64,000 nucleotides of DNA, taken from NCBI RefSeq assembly GCF_947497695.1, contig NZ_CANMHM010000012.1, forward strand, positions 2,616 through 66,615, in the 5' to 3' direction. The stretch is from an uncultured Polaribacter sp. (GTDB lineage: Bacteria; Bacteroidota; Bacteroidia; Flavobacteriales; Flavobacteriaceae). The stretch's first letter is position 1, and each line of letters starts with the position of its first letter. Position numbers and translations under genes: made by a program. This document shows, piece by piece, positions 9,374 to 18,960 of the stretch. Under the pieces are notes generated by a model. It saw only the letters and a list, made by a program, of their open reading frames with translations. It was not told where the DNA came from and did not search any database.

Positions 9374-10327
9374 TTAATCTTTCAATAACTTTATAATTTG
9401 GTTTGCTAATTCAACTCCAATTCTGTCTTGTGCCTCTTTTGATGCACCACCAATATGAGGCGTTAAAGAAATTTCTGGATTCATTAGTAGTTGTACTGCA
9501 GGAGTTGGTTCTGTTTCAAAAACATCTAAACCAGCAAATTGTACTTTACCAGTTTCAATAGCTTTTACCAAATCTACCTCATGTAAAACACCTCCAATTG
9601 AAGTGTTTATGATCCCTACACCATCTTTCATTTTTTCAATTTCAGCCTCTGTAATGATATAATCTTCTTGTTCTGGAATATGTAAAGTAATAAAATCTGC
9701 TTCTTTTAAAACATCTTCTTTGTTAACAGTTTCAATAATAAATGTTGATTTTTGTCCGTTAAAAAATTCTAAGGTTATAGGAGCACTTACAATTTCAGTA
9801 TCAGTAGCAATAACATTCATACCTAAGCCTATTGCAATTTTTGCAACTTCTTGGCCTACTTTTCCAAAGCCAATAATACCAATAGTTTTTCCTCTTAATT
9901 CTACTCCTTTAGAGTACGCTTTTTTTAAATCATTAAAACGAGAATCTCCTTCTAATGGCATTTCTCTGTTTGATGAATGTAAAAAACGAACCATCCCAAA
10001 AAGATGTGCAAAAACCAATTCTGCAACAGCACTAGAAGAAGCTTTAGGAGTGTTAATAACTATTAAACCATTATCTTCTGCATAATCAATATCAATATTA
10101 TCTATATCAGTACCAGCACTACCAATTAACTTTAAACTTGGACAAGCTTCCATTAACTCTTGTCTTACTTGTGTATTGTTTCCTACTATAATTCCATCAA
10201 TATTTTGCTCGTTGATATAATTTTCTAATTGATTTTGTGCAACTGTTACATTTAGTACCTCAAATCCTTTTTTTTCTAAAGCGTCAATTCCGCTTTGTGA
10301 AATTCCGTCGTTTACTAATATTTTCAT
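9374..10327 (-). CDS. serA: D-3-phosphoglycerate dehydrogenase (D-2-hydroxyacid dehydrogenase family)
   Basis: NAD fold 'GIIGFGKVGQEVAKIA' and catalytic-region 'TPHIGGAS'. Lies directly downstream of serC in the same orientation. Confidence 0.75.
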   Translation of the reverse strand: MKILVNDGISQSGIDALEKKGFEVLNVTVAQNQLENYINEQNIDGIIVGNNTQVRQELMEACPSLKLIGSAGTDIDNIDIDYAEDNGLIVINTPKASSSAVAELVFAHLFGMVRFLHSSNREMPLEGDSRFNDLKKAYSKGVELRGKTIGIIGFGKVGQEVAKIAIGLGMNVIATDTEIVSAPITLEFFNGQKSTFIIETVNKEDVLKEADFITLHIPEQEDYIITEAEIEKMKDGVGIINTSIGGVLHEVDLVKAIETGKVQFAGLDVFETEPTPAVQLLMNPEISLTPHIGGASKEAQDRIGVELANQIIKLLKD

Positions 10328-10407
10328 TCTTAAATAAGTTCAAAATTTAAAATTTATAGTTCAAAGTTTTGTGAATACTCCAAATTCGGAATATTAAATT
10401 CAAAACT

Positions 10408-11472
10408 TTAAATCTCTTTTTCCAAAGCTTGCATCACATCTACCAAAACCTGCACACTATAAAGTGGCAAAGCATTATACATACTTGCTCTATAGCCCCC
10501 AACACTTCTATGCCCGTTTAAACCATTAATTCCTGCTTCTTTCCACATTGTATCAAACTTTTCTGTTAAAGAATCATCAGTTAAGGTAAACGTTGCATTC
10601 ATTATACTTCTATCTTCTTTAGCAACAACTCCTTTAAATAAAGGGTTTCTATCAATTTCTGCATATAAAAGTTCAGCTTTTTTATTATTTACTTCTTCAA
10701 TAAATTTTATACCACCCAAATCTTTTAACCATTGTAAGGTTAACATAGAAACATATACTGCAAAAACAGAAGGTGTATTGAACATGCTGTCTTTATCAAT
10801 ATGAATTTGATAATTTAACATAGAAGGGATATGTCTTTCTACTTTTCCTAAAATATCTTCTTTAATGATGACTAAAGTTGCACCTGCAGGGCCCATATTT
10901 TTTTGAGCACCAGCATAAATTAAATCGAATTTTTCGAAATCTAACTGACGTGAAAAAATATCTGAACTCATATCGCAAACCAAAGGAACATTGGTTTTAG
11001 GAAACTCTTTCATTTGTGAACCTGCAACTGTATTGTTGCTTGTACAGTGAAAATAATCTGCATCTTCAGGAATTGAATATCCTTTAGGAATGTAATTAAA
11101 CCCTTTTTCTTTAGAAGACCCCACTGTAATAACTTCGCCAAAAGCTTTTGCTTCTTTAATAGCTTTATCTGCCCAAGTACCTGTATTTAAATACGCTGCT
11201 TTTTTATTTAATAAGTTATAAGCTACCATCAAAAACTCTAAACTTGCACCACCTTGCAAAAATAAAGCTTGGTATCCTTTATTTTCTAAACCTAACAATT
11301 CTAAAGCCAATGAACGAGCTTTTTCTATAACAGCAACAAAAGATTTACTTCTGTGAGAAATTTCTATTAATGATAAATTATCATCATTAAAATTTAGAAT
11401 TGCTTCTGATGCTTTTTGCAATACGTCTTGTGGTAAAATACAAGGTCCTGCACTAAAATTATGTTTTTTCAT
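10408..11472 (-). CDS. serC: 3-phosphoserine aminotransferase
   Basis: 'HNFSAGPCILPQDVL', 'ISHRSKSF' and 'YAGAQKNMGPAG' (PLP lysine region), typical of SerC. Confidence 0.9.
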   Translation of the reverse strand: MKKHNFSAGPCILPQDVLQKASEAILNFNDDNLSLIEISHRSKSFVAVIEKARSLALELLGLENKGYQALFLQGGASLEFLMVAYNLLNKKAAYLNTGTWADKAIKEAKAFGEVITVGSSKEKGFNYIPKGYSIPEDADYFHCTSNNTVAGSQMKEFPKTNVPLVCDMSSDIFSRQLDFEKFDLIYAGAQKNMGPAGATLVIIKEDILGKVERHIPSMLNYQIHIDKDSMFNTPSVFAVYVSMLTLQWLKDLGGIKFIEEVNNKKAELLYAEIDRNPLFKGVVAKEDRSIMNATFTLTDDSLTEKFDTMWKEAGINGLNGHRSVGGYRASMYNALPLYSVQVLVDVMQALEKEI

Positions 11473-11480
11473 TTTTTTTG

Positions 11481-11509
11481 AGTTTCAAAGTTTCAAAGTT
11501 TCAAAGTTT
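11481..11509. repeat. 8-bp tandem repeat (agtttcaa) x3.6 in the serC leader
   Basis: 'agtttcaaagtttcaaagtttcaaagttt', 9 nt upstream of the serC start on the minus strand. Confidence 0.9.
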
Positions 11510-11545
11510 TTAGATTTTAACTAAAAACTATAAACCAAAAACCAG

Positions 11546-12607
11546 TTATATATTAGCTAAAAATTCTAACGTATTAATGCCATCAGCAAAATCTGTTAAC
11601 TTTGGATGTTGTGTTTGTCCAAAAGCAACTTCATTTTCTATAAAGTCTTTGGCTACAATACACTGAATTTTATCTTTGTCTTGATGTAATTTTATTTTTA
11701 AATCGATTTCATTGTCATAATATTCATAAAAAATGGTGGCAATGGGAGAGGAGTAGCTTTCATCTTCTTTAATCATTAAAAAACCATTTTCTAACAAATC
11801 AAACAAGCTCATTAAATAAACAGCTTTGTTATAATCGTAATTATTAGCATATTTAGCATTGTTAATAATGTCTTTTTTAGCATACATTCCATTAAAAAAA
11901 GCATCAAAATTATAGTCTTTTGGTACGTATAATTTAGAAACAGATCTACACCCTAAGCCAAAGTATTGAAAAACATCATCAGCTAATTTTATAAAATCTT
12001 CTTCGGTTTCTTTTCCTGTAATTACTGCCACAGAATTTCTACTTTTTCTGATGATATTAGGTTTGTTTTTAAAATAATATTCAAAATAACGAGCAGTATT
12101 ATCGCTTCCTGTAGCAATAACTGCATCAAAATTTGTCAGTTTTTCTTCTGTAAAAGTGATTTTACCTTTAAAATCAACATCAACATACTCTAAATACTTG
12201 GCTAAAAAAGGCAATAAATGTTTATCGTTAGAAGATTGTTTAACTATTACAGAATGACCAGAAAGTAAAACGGATAAAAAATCATGAAAACCAACTAAAG
12301 GGATGTTTCCTGCCATTACAATGGCCACTTTTTTTGAGGTTTTATTCTTTGAGCTAATATCCTTTGTAAAGTGTTCTAAATCACTTTTGTTTAAGGACTT
12401 AGATAGTGAGTTTAATGAAAATAAAATATTTTCTTTTGTAAACCAAGAGTTTTTTTCTTGGGCAATTTTTATTTGATGTAGAAAGCCATCAAAAAAGAGT
12501 TCATTATGTTCTATGCCATCAATTTTTTTGATTTTTTCAACAGAAAACTGACTTAAAAATGTTCCTAATTTTATAAAAGCGTTAATTCTATTCTGAATAC
12601 TTTCCAT
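11546..12607 (-). CDS. Acyl-CoA reductase (LuxC-like)
   Basis: Length and motifs ('MAGNIPLVGFHDFL', 'GLGCRSVSKLYVP') match the LuxC-like acyl-CoA reductase. In Flavobacteriia this gene commonly sits between serC and a ferredoxin gene. Confidence 0.65.
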   Translation of the reverse strand: MESIQNRINAFIKLGTFLSQFSVEKIKKIDGIEHNELFFDGFLHQIKIAQEKNSWFTKENILFSLNSLSKSLNKSDLEHFTKDISSKNKTSKKVAIVMAGNIPLVGFHDFLSVLLSGHSVIVKQSSNDKHLLPFLAKYLEYVDVDFKGKITFTEEKLTNFDAVIATGSDNTARYFEYYFKNKPNIIRKSRNSVAVITGKETEEDFIKLADDVFQYFGLGCRSVSKLYVPKDYNFDAFFNGMYAKKDIINNAKYANNYDYNKAVYLMSLFDLLENGFLMIKEDESYSSPIATIFYEYYDNEIDLKIKLHQDKDKIQCIVAKDFIENEVAFGQTQHPKLTDFADGINTLEFLANI

Positions 12608-12623
12608 TTATTTTGGTTGTAAA

Positions 12624-12631
12624 TAATTTTG
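12624..12631 (+). promoter_or_regulatory. Bacteroidota -7 box TAatTTTG for the ferredoxin gene
   Basis: Exact TAnnTTTG, 46 nt upstream of ATG 12677. Confidence 0.4.
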
Positions 12632-12640
12632 GCTTTATTT

Positions 12641-12652
12641 TTGCAATTGCAA
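12641..12652. promoter_or_regulatory. Perfect 12-bp palindrome TTGCAATTGCAA between the -7 box and the ferredoxin start
   Basis: Self-complementary sequence read directly. Lies in the divergent acyl-CoA reductase/ferredoxin intergenic region. Confidence 0.3.
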
Positions 12653-12676
12653 AGGTACAAAAACAGAACAAAAATT

Positions 12677-13027
12677 ATGGCAATTATAATAACAGATGAA
12701 TGTATAAATTGTGGGGCATGTGAACCAGAATGTCCTAACACTGCAATTTACGAAGGAGCAGACGATTGGAAATATAAAGATGGTACAGATTTATCTGGTG
12801 ACGTAGTTTTACCAAGTGGAAAAGCTGTAAATGCAGATGAAGATCAAGAACCAGTTTCAGACGAATTGTATTACATAGTACCAGACAAGTGTACAGAATG
12901 TAAAGGTTTTCATGATGAGCCTCAATGTGCTGCAGTATGTCCTGTAGATTGTTGTGTGCCAGATGATGATGTGGTAGAAACAGAAGAAGAGTTGTTAGCA
13001 AAACAAGCTTTTATGCATAAAGAGTAA
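12677..13027 (+). CDS. 4Fe-4S dicluster ferredoxin
   Basis: Two Cys clusters, '[12 protein letters not shown]' and 'CTECKGF...CAAVCP'. ATG at 12677 preferred over the listed TTG at 12629 because a TAnnTTTG box (12624-12631) would lie inside the longer ORF. Confidence 0.85.
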   Translation: MAIIITDECINCGACEPECPNTAIYEGADDWKYKDGTDLSGDVVLPSGKAVNADEDQEPVSDELYYIVPDKCTECKGFHDEPQCAAVCPVDCCVPDDDVVETEEELLAKQAFMHKE

Positions 13028-13077
13028 TCGTAAAGATTTTTAGAAACAAGAAACATGATTTTTTTGAATCATGGTAT

Positions 13078-13110
13078 AAAAAATTCCGAAGTAAATTCGG
13101 AATTTTTTAT
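13078..13110 (+). terminator. Rho-independent terminator after the ferredoxin gene
   Basis: 'aaaaattccgaa gtaaa ttcggaatttttt': stem plus T-run. Confidence 0.7.
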
Positions 13111-13188
13111 GTTTAAAACATCTATATTTGCAACGCAAAAATCAAGTATTGGTAGTTGTATCTATTTTATTAAAATATATAAATAATA

Positions 13189-14280
13189 ATGAAAGCCGGA
13201 ATTGTAGGATTACCAAACGTAGGAAAATCAACTTTATTTAACTGTTTATCAAATGCAAAAGCACAAAGTGCCAATTTTCCTTTTTGTACGATAGAGCCAA
13301 ATTTAGGGGTGGTAAATGTACCAGACAAAAGAATTGAAAAATTAGAAGAATTGGTAAATCCAGAACGTGTTGTGCCTGCTACTGTAGAGATTGTAGATAT
13401 TGCAGGACTTGTAAAAGGAGCAAGTAAAGGAGAAGGTTTAGGAAACCAGTTTTTAGCAAATATTAGAGAAACAGATGCACTTTTACATGTAGTACGTTGT
13501 TTTGATAACGATAATATTATTCATGTAGATAGTTCTATAGATCCTGTTAGAGATAAAGAAACAATTGATATTGAATTACAATTAAAAGATTTAGAAGCAG
13601 TAGAAAAACGTTTAGAACGTGTTAAAAGAACAGCAAAAACAGGGAACAAAGAAGCCCAAGCAGAATTAGTAGTTCTATTAAAAATACAAGAAACTCTTTT
13701 AAAAGGGCTTTCTGTAAGAACCTTAGAATTTTCTGAAAAAGAAATGGAGTTTGTGCAACCACTTCAATTTATTACCTTAAAACCAGTATTGTATGTGTGT
13801 AATGTTGATGAAAATTCAGCAGTTTCTGGAAACGAATATGTAGAAAAGGTAAGAGAAGCTGTAAAAGATGAAAATGCAGAAGTAATTGTGTTAGCTGTTG
13901 GTACAGAAGCAGATATTACAGAATTAGACGATTATGAAGAACGTCAGATGTTTTTAGCAGACATTGGTTTAGAAGAAGCAGGTGTTGCCAGATTGGTACG
14001 TTCTGCTTATAAATTATTAAACTTACAAACTTATTTTACAGCAGGTGTAAAAGAAGTAAGAGCTTGGACCATTCCTATAGGATCAACTGCACCTCAAGCA
14101 GCAGGTGTAATTCATACCGATTTTGAAAAAGGATTTATTAGAGCAGAAACGATTGCTTATGAAGATTATGTAACTTATGGTTCTGAAGCAAAAGTAAAAG
14201 AAGCTGGTAAAATGAGAGTAGAAGGTAAAGAGTATGTTGTAAAAGATGGTGATGTGATGCATTTTAGATTTAATGTGTAA
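13189..14280 (+). CDS. ychF: Redox-regulated ATPase YchF
   Basis: '[15 protein letters not shown]', '[10 protein letters not shown]' and C-terminal TGS-like '[30 protein letters not shown]'. Confidence 0.95.
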   Translation: MKAGIVGLPNVGKSTLFNCLSNAKAQSANFPFCTIEPNLGVVNVPDKRIEKLEELVNPERVVPATVEIVDIAGLVKGASKGEGLGNQFLANIRETDALLHVVRCFDNDNIIHVDSSIDPVRDKETIDIELQLKDLEAVEKRLERVKRTAKTGNKEAQAELVVLLKIQETLLKGLSVRTLEFSEKEMEFVQPLQFITLKPVLYVCNVDENSAVSGNEYVEKVREAVKDENAEVIVLAVGTEADITELDDYEERQMFLADIGLEEAGVARLVRSAYKLLNLQTYFTAGVKEVRAWTIPIGSTAPQAAGVIHTDFEKGFIRAETIAYEDYVTYGSEAKVKEAGKMRVEGKEYVVKDGDVMHFRFNV

Positions 14281-14302
14281 ATGTTCTTATACCTATAAAT
14301 AT

Positions 14303-14337
14303 AAAAATCCCAATGAGCAATCATTGGGATTTTTTTG
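14303..14337 (+). terminator. Rho-independent terminator after ychF
   Basis: 'aaaaatcccaatga gcaa tcattgggattttttt': 14-bp stem plus T-run. Confidence 0.8.
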
Positions 14338-14427
14338 GAATAAAAGTTATTCGTCTAACTCCTTTTTTATATTTTAAATTAATACTTTTGGCATGTATAT
14401 TGAAATAGCTTCCTAAAATCATTCATT

Positions 14428-15615
14428 ATGAAAAAACAACTATTAATCATTGTCTGTTCTTTATTTATTATTTCTTGTAACAGTGTTAAAAACACACAAC
14501 AAGCAATTAGTAATGGAAATTATGACAAAGCAATTGATATTGCTTTAGATAATTTAAAAAGAAACAAAACAAAAAAAGGAAATCAACCTTATGTAGTGTT
14601 ATTAGAAGAAGCTTTTTCTAAAGCAAATAAAAAAGATTTAGACAGAATTACATATTTAAAAAAAGATGAAAACCCAGAAAATTTAGAGACTATTTTTGGT
14701 GTTTATCAAAATTTAAAAAACAGACAAGAGGTTATAAAACCATTGTTGCCTTTACCTATTGTAAAGAAAAATAGAGATGCTGTTTTTAAATTTAGCAATT
14801 ATGATGATGAGATTATAAATACAAAAAATCAATTATCAGATTATTTATATACCAAAGCAAAAAAGCTATTTTATTTAGATAATAAATTAGATTATAGAAC
14901 TGCTTTTAATGATTTAGAATACATAGAAAAAATACACCCTAATTTTAAAGATGTTCGTAATTTAATAGAAATTGCTCATCAAAGAGGTTTAGATTTTGTG
15001 TTTGTTTCCATGAAAAACGAAACAGAACAAGTGATTCCTAAAAGATTAGAAGAAGATTTGTTAAATTTTGACACCTATGGTTTAAATGATTTGTGGACAG
15101 TTTATCATGCAGCTAAAGACGCTAAAATTAATTACGATTTTGGTTTAGAATTAAACCTTAGAAAAATTCAGGTTTCTCCAGAACAAGTCAGAGAAAAGGA
15201 AATTATTAAAGAAAGAGAAGTTAAGGATGGAACTGTTTTTCTTTTAGATGATAAAGGAAACCAAGTTTTGGATAAAGAGGGTAAAAAGATAGAAGTAGAT
15301 AAAATGGTAAAAGTGCGTTGTGAATTATACCAATTTACACAATTTAAAACAGTACAAGTTACAGGGAAAGTAAAGTTTGTAGACTACACAACAAAACAAA
15401 CCATTCAAACATACCCAATTGCAAGTCAATTTGATTTTCAGCATATTTATGCAAATTACAGAGGAGATAAAAGAGCTTTAGAATCTTCTTTTTTAGATAT
15501 GATTGCCTTAAGAGTTGTTCCTTTTCCTACAGACGAACAAATGATTTATGATACTGGAGAAGATTTAAAACAACGACTTAAATCTATTATTAATCAAAAT
15601 AAGTTTAGAAATTAA
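14428..15615 (+). CDS. Hypothetical lipoprotein
   Basis: Lipobox 'SLFIISC|NS'. No family recognised. Codon usage matches the neighbours. Confidence 0.55.
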   Translation: MKKQLLIIVCSLFIISCNSVKNTQQAISNGNYDKAIDIALDNLKRNKTKKGNQPYVVLLEEAFSKANKKDLDRITYLKKDENPENLETIFGVYQNLKNRQEVIKPLLPLPIVKKNRDAVFKFSNYDDEIINTKNQLSDYLYTKAKKLFYLDNKLDYRTAFNDLEYIEKIHPNFKDVRNLIEIAHQRGLDFVFVSMKNETEQVIPKRLEEDLLNFDTYGLNDLWTVYHAAKDAKINYDFGLELNLRKIQVSPEQVREKEIIKEREVKDGTVFLLDDKGNQVLDKEGKKIEVDKMVKVRCELYQFTQFKTVQVTGKVKFVDYTTKQTIQTYPIASQFDFQHIYANYRGDKRALESSFLDMIALRVVPFPTDEQMIYDTGEDLKQRLKSIINQNKFRN

Positions 15616-15880
15616 GAAAAAGTATTTTTTAAAAATTAGACACTATTTTAATCATTAAAAACTTAGTATTTCTGTTTTTTTTCTCTGCATTTAACTATGA
15701 GTCCTTTTAAAGAGTAATTTTCTTGTTTATGCTTAACATACATGTTAGGTTGTATCATTTTACCTGTCTAGTATTTTAAAAGTTTTTTTTATTTACATAA
15801 AAAACCATACAAATAGGGTAATTTTCTATACTTTATAATATTTAATGTAAATTGTAAACCAAACATTATACGTTTTTATT

Positions 15881-18676
15881 ATGCTTAGAAAATTTCCTTT
15901 CGTATTTCTACTGTTTATTTCTTTTGCAAGTATTGCACAAGAGTTGCCTCCTATTAATTCCTATACAGCTAAAGATTATAAAGCAGAAAATCAAAATTGG
16001 GCGATATCTCAATCAAAAAACAAGTTTATTTATGTAGCTAATAATAAGGGTTTATTAGAGTTTAATGGAGCAAATTGGCAATTGTATTCAACGCCTAATA
16101 AAACCATAATGAGATCTGTAAAAGTATTAAAAGATAAAGTTTATACAGGTTTTTATATGGATTTTGGGTTTTGGAAAAAAAATGAATTCTCAGAATTAGA
16201 ATTTACATCTATTGTTGAAAAACAAAATATTAAAATGTTAGATGATGAGCAAATATGGGAAATCATAGAGCTTGATGGTTGGATGTTATTTAAATCTTTG
16301 CAGAGAATTTATCTTTATAATTTAAAAACAAACGAGGTAAAGATTATTAATTCAGAATTTAAAATTCATAAATTATCAAAAGTAAAAGATGTTATTTATT
16401 TTCAAGAAGCAAATAAAGGAATCTTTAAAATAGAAAATGGTTTCCCTAAGTTAATTTCTGATGATAAAATATTAAAAGAAAATATTATTGTTGAAATTTT
16501 TAAAAAAGAGGATAGGTTATTGTTTCTAACTCAAAAATCTGGTTTTTTTAATTTAGTAGAAAATAAACTTGTAAAATGGAAAATTCCTTCAGATACAATT
16601 TTAAAAAAATTAACGGTTTACAGTGCCAAACAATTAAAAAATAATGATTTTGCATTAGGCACTATTTCAGATGGTTTTATATATTTAAATAGTAATGGAG
16701 AGATAAATTATCAGATTACGCAAAGTTCTGGTCTTAATAATAACACATTACTTTCTGTTTTTGAAGATATTGATAATAATATTTGGTTAGGTTTAGATAA
16801 TGGTATTAATTCAATTAATAATAGCTCTCCGTTTAAAATATATAATCATAAAAACGATTTTATTGGTACAGTTTATGCTTCAATAGTTCATGAAAATAAT
16901 TTGTATTTAGGTACAAATCAAGGTCTTTTTTTTAGAAAAAAAGATTCTAAAGCCCCTTTTAAATTGATAAAAAATACACAAGGTCAGGTTTGGAGTCTAG
17001 CTGTATTTGATGGAGCATTATTTTGTGGACATGATTCTGGTACTTTTATAATAAAGAATAATTTAGCTAATTTAATTTTTAATAAACAAGGTACTTGGAA
17101 ATTTCAAAAAATAGACGAAAATAAAATTATTCAAGGTTGTTATGATGGGCTTTACATTCTACAAAAAAAGAATAATAATTGGGGGTTAAGAAATAAGATA
17201 GCTGGTTTTAATACATCTAGTAAATACTTTGAAAAATATAATTCACACAAATTTTTAGTAAACCATGAATATAAAGGAGTTTTTAAGCTTACGTTAGATA
17301 AAGATTTTAAGAAAGTATTAAGTAAAGAAATTGAAGAATCACTTGATAAAGGCCTACATTCTTGTTTGATCTCTTACCAAGATAAAATTTTATATTCAAG
17401 TAAAGCAGGTGTTTTTTTATATGATAAAAATAAGGATGTCTTTAAAAAAGATATTATTTATAGCCAATTAATCTCTGAAGATGATTTTATCTCTGCTAAA
17501 TTAGCATTTAATAAATCTAACAATGTGCTTTGGTCTTTCTCTAAAGAAAGTATTAAATGTTTAATTCCAGGAAAGTTAACTACGAAACCTATTGTAAAAA
17601 GCTTGCCAATTTCAGCTTTTATGCCAAAAGCTACTTATGGATATGAAAATATTATTCATTTAGAAAATGAGAAATATTTAATAGGTACTTCTAATGGTTA
17701 TATAACTGTAGATTTAAATAAAATAGATAAAGATCTTAAATTTACAATACAAATAAATGAAATTAATAACTTTATTATAGATGGTCCAAAGGTAAAAGTA
17801 AATCTATTATCACAGAATAATTTTTTATTCAAAGAAAATAATTTAGAATTTTATTACAGTGTACCTAATTATAGTAAAATAACAAGCATAAAATACCAAC
17901 ACCTTTTGTTGGGGCAAAGTAAGCAGTGGAGTGTTCCATCAGTAACTAAATCTGTCTTATTTGAAAATATACCTTATGGCGATTACACGTTTAAAGTTAG
18001 AGCTCTTGTTGATGGTAAAATAAGTAGTAAAGAAGCTACTTATAGTTTTACAATTCAAAGGCCTTGGTATCTTTCTAATTTACTAATTACAATCTATGTG
18101 TTATTATTTTTAATATCATTTTATTTAGTTCATGTTGCATCAAAACGATATTATAGAAAGCAAAGAGAAGAATTGTTAGAAAAAGCAAAAAAAGAACTAG
18201 AATTAAGAGAGCTAGAAAGTTCACAACAAATTATCAAACTGAATAATGATAAGTTAAGAAATGACATTGAAAGTAAAAATAGAGAACTGGCTACCTCTAC
18301 AATGAATATTATTAAGAAAAATGATTTTTTAAATACAATAAAAATTGAATTAATCAATGGCAAAGAGAAAAATATTTCTAAAGTTGTTAAGATTATAGAT
18401 AAAAATTTAAACAATACAGATGACTGGAAAATGTTTCAAGAGGCATTTAACAATGCTGATAAGAATTTTCTTAAAAAAGTAAAAGATAAACATTCTGGTT
18501 TAACTCCTAATGATTTAAGACTCTGTGCTTATTTAAGGCTAAATCTATCTTCAAAAGAAATTGCTCCTTTATTAAATATATCTCCTAGAAGTGTAGAGGT
18601 AAAAAGGTATCGATTAAGAAAAAAGATGGATTTACCTCATGATGCTAACTTAACAAATTACATTTTAGAAATATAA
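15881..18676 (+). CDS. Membrane-anchored one-component regulator: periplasmic beta-propeller (Reg_prop) + Y_Y_Y domain, TM helix, coiled coil, LuxR/GerE HTH
   Basis: Signal peptide, propeller repeats ('NIWLGLDNGINSIN') and Y_Y_Y ('FYYSVPNYSKITSIKYQ...YGDYTFKVRA'). Also TM 'LLITIYVLLFLISFYLVHV' and C-terminal 'LTPNDLRLCAYLRLNLSSKEIAPLLNISPRSVEVKRYRLRKKM'. No kinase or receiver motifs. Confidence 0.85.
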   Translation: MLRKFPFVFLLFISFASIAQELPPINSYTAKDYKAENQNWAISQSKNKFIYVANNKGLLEFNGANWQLYSTPNKTIMRSVKVLKDKVYTGFYMDFGFWKKNEFSELEFTSIVEKQNIKMLDDEQIWEIIELDGWMLFKSLQRIYLYNLKTNEVKIINSEFKIHKLSKVKDVIYFQEANKGIFKIENGFPKLISDDKILKENIIVEIFKKEDRLLFLTQKSGFFNLVENKLVKWKIPSDTILKKLTVYSAKQLKNNDFALGTISDGFIYLNSNGEINYQITQSSGLNNNTLLSVFEDIDNNIWLGLDNGINSINNSSPFKIYNHKNDFIGTVYASIVHENNLYLGTNQGLFFRKKDSKAPFKLIKNTQGQVWSLAVFDGALFCGHDSGTFIIKNNLANLIFNKQGTWKFQKIDENKIIQGCYDGLYILQKKNNNWGLRNKIAGFNTSSKYFEKYNSHKFLVNHEYKGVFKLTLDKDFKKVLSKEIEESLDKGLHSCLISYQDKILYSSKAGVFLYDKNKDVFKKDIIYSQLISEDDFISAKLAFNKSNNVLWSFSKESIKCLIPGKLTTKPIVKSLPISAFMPKATYGYENIIHLENEKYLIGTSNGYITVDLNKIDKDLKFTIQINEINNFIIDGPKVKVNLLSQNNFLFKENNLEFYYSVPNYSKITSIKYQHLLLGQSKQWSVPSVTKSVLFENIPYGDYTFKVRALVDGKISSKEATYSFTIQRPWYLSNLLITIYVLLFLISFYLVHVASKRYYRKQREELLEKAKKELELRELESSQQIIKLNNDKLRNDIESKNRELATSTMNIIKKNDFLNTIKIELINGKEKNISKVVKIIDKNLNNTDDWKMFQEAFNNADKNFLKKVKDKHSGLTPNDLRLCAYLRLNLSSKEIAPLLNISPRSVEVKRYRLRKKMDLPHDANLTNYILEI

Positions 18677-18695
18677 CACCCAAACAAGTTTATAT

Positions 18696-18709
18696 TTTAC
18701 CACAACATT
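18696..18709 (+). promoter_or_regulatory. Motif A 'TTTACCACAACATT' upstream of the glucan-utilization operon (second CACAACA half-site at 18712-18718)
   Basis: Identical 14-mer at 38626-38639 upstream of the T9SS CBM gene. Confidence 0.4.
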
Positions 18710-18815
18710 AACACAACAAAGTTAATTTAGTATCTTTTTGTGATAATTTTATACATGTTTGTAAAACCTTGTTTTTAGTAGAAATTTATTCCCATTTCTG
18801 TTTTTTTTAAAAATC

Positions 18816-18838
18816 TGTATGTTTTTTGTTGTGGTTAA
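18816..18838 (+). promoter_or_regulatory. Motif B 'TGTATGTTTTTTGTTGTGGTTAA', containing the reverse complement (TGTTGTGG) of the motif A core
   Basis: The first 16 nt are identical to 38763-38778. Lies 145 nt before the ATG at 18961. Confidence 0.4.
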
Positions 18839-18960
18839 TTTTATTGTTTAACTTTAAATTAAGTATAATTTTATCAAACAAATAATAGATATATATTTCT
18901 GTTAAATTTTCCTTTAAACAATTAACCAACTTTTAAAGTATTAATTAAATCAAATAAATT

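Noticed and set aside
18151-18414. 87-aa antisense ORF inside the first regulator gene, with a similar 89-aa antisense ORF (43717-43986) inside the paralogue. The conservation could suggest a real overlapping gene.
   Set aside because: Both lie opposite the Lys/Glu-rich coiled-coil segment. Codons AAA/GAA/AAG read as TTT/TTC/CTT on the other strand, which gives stop-free Phe/Leu/Ser-rich shadows. Their similarity simply mirrors sense-strand paralogy.
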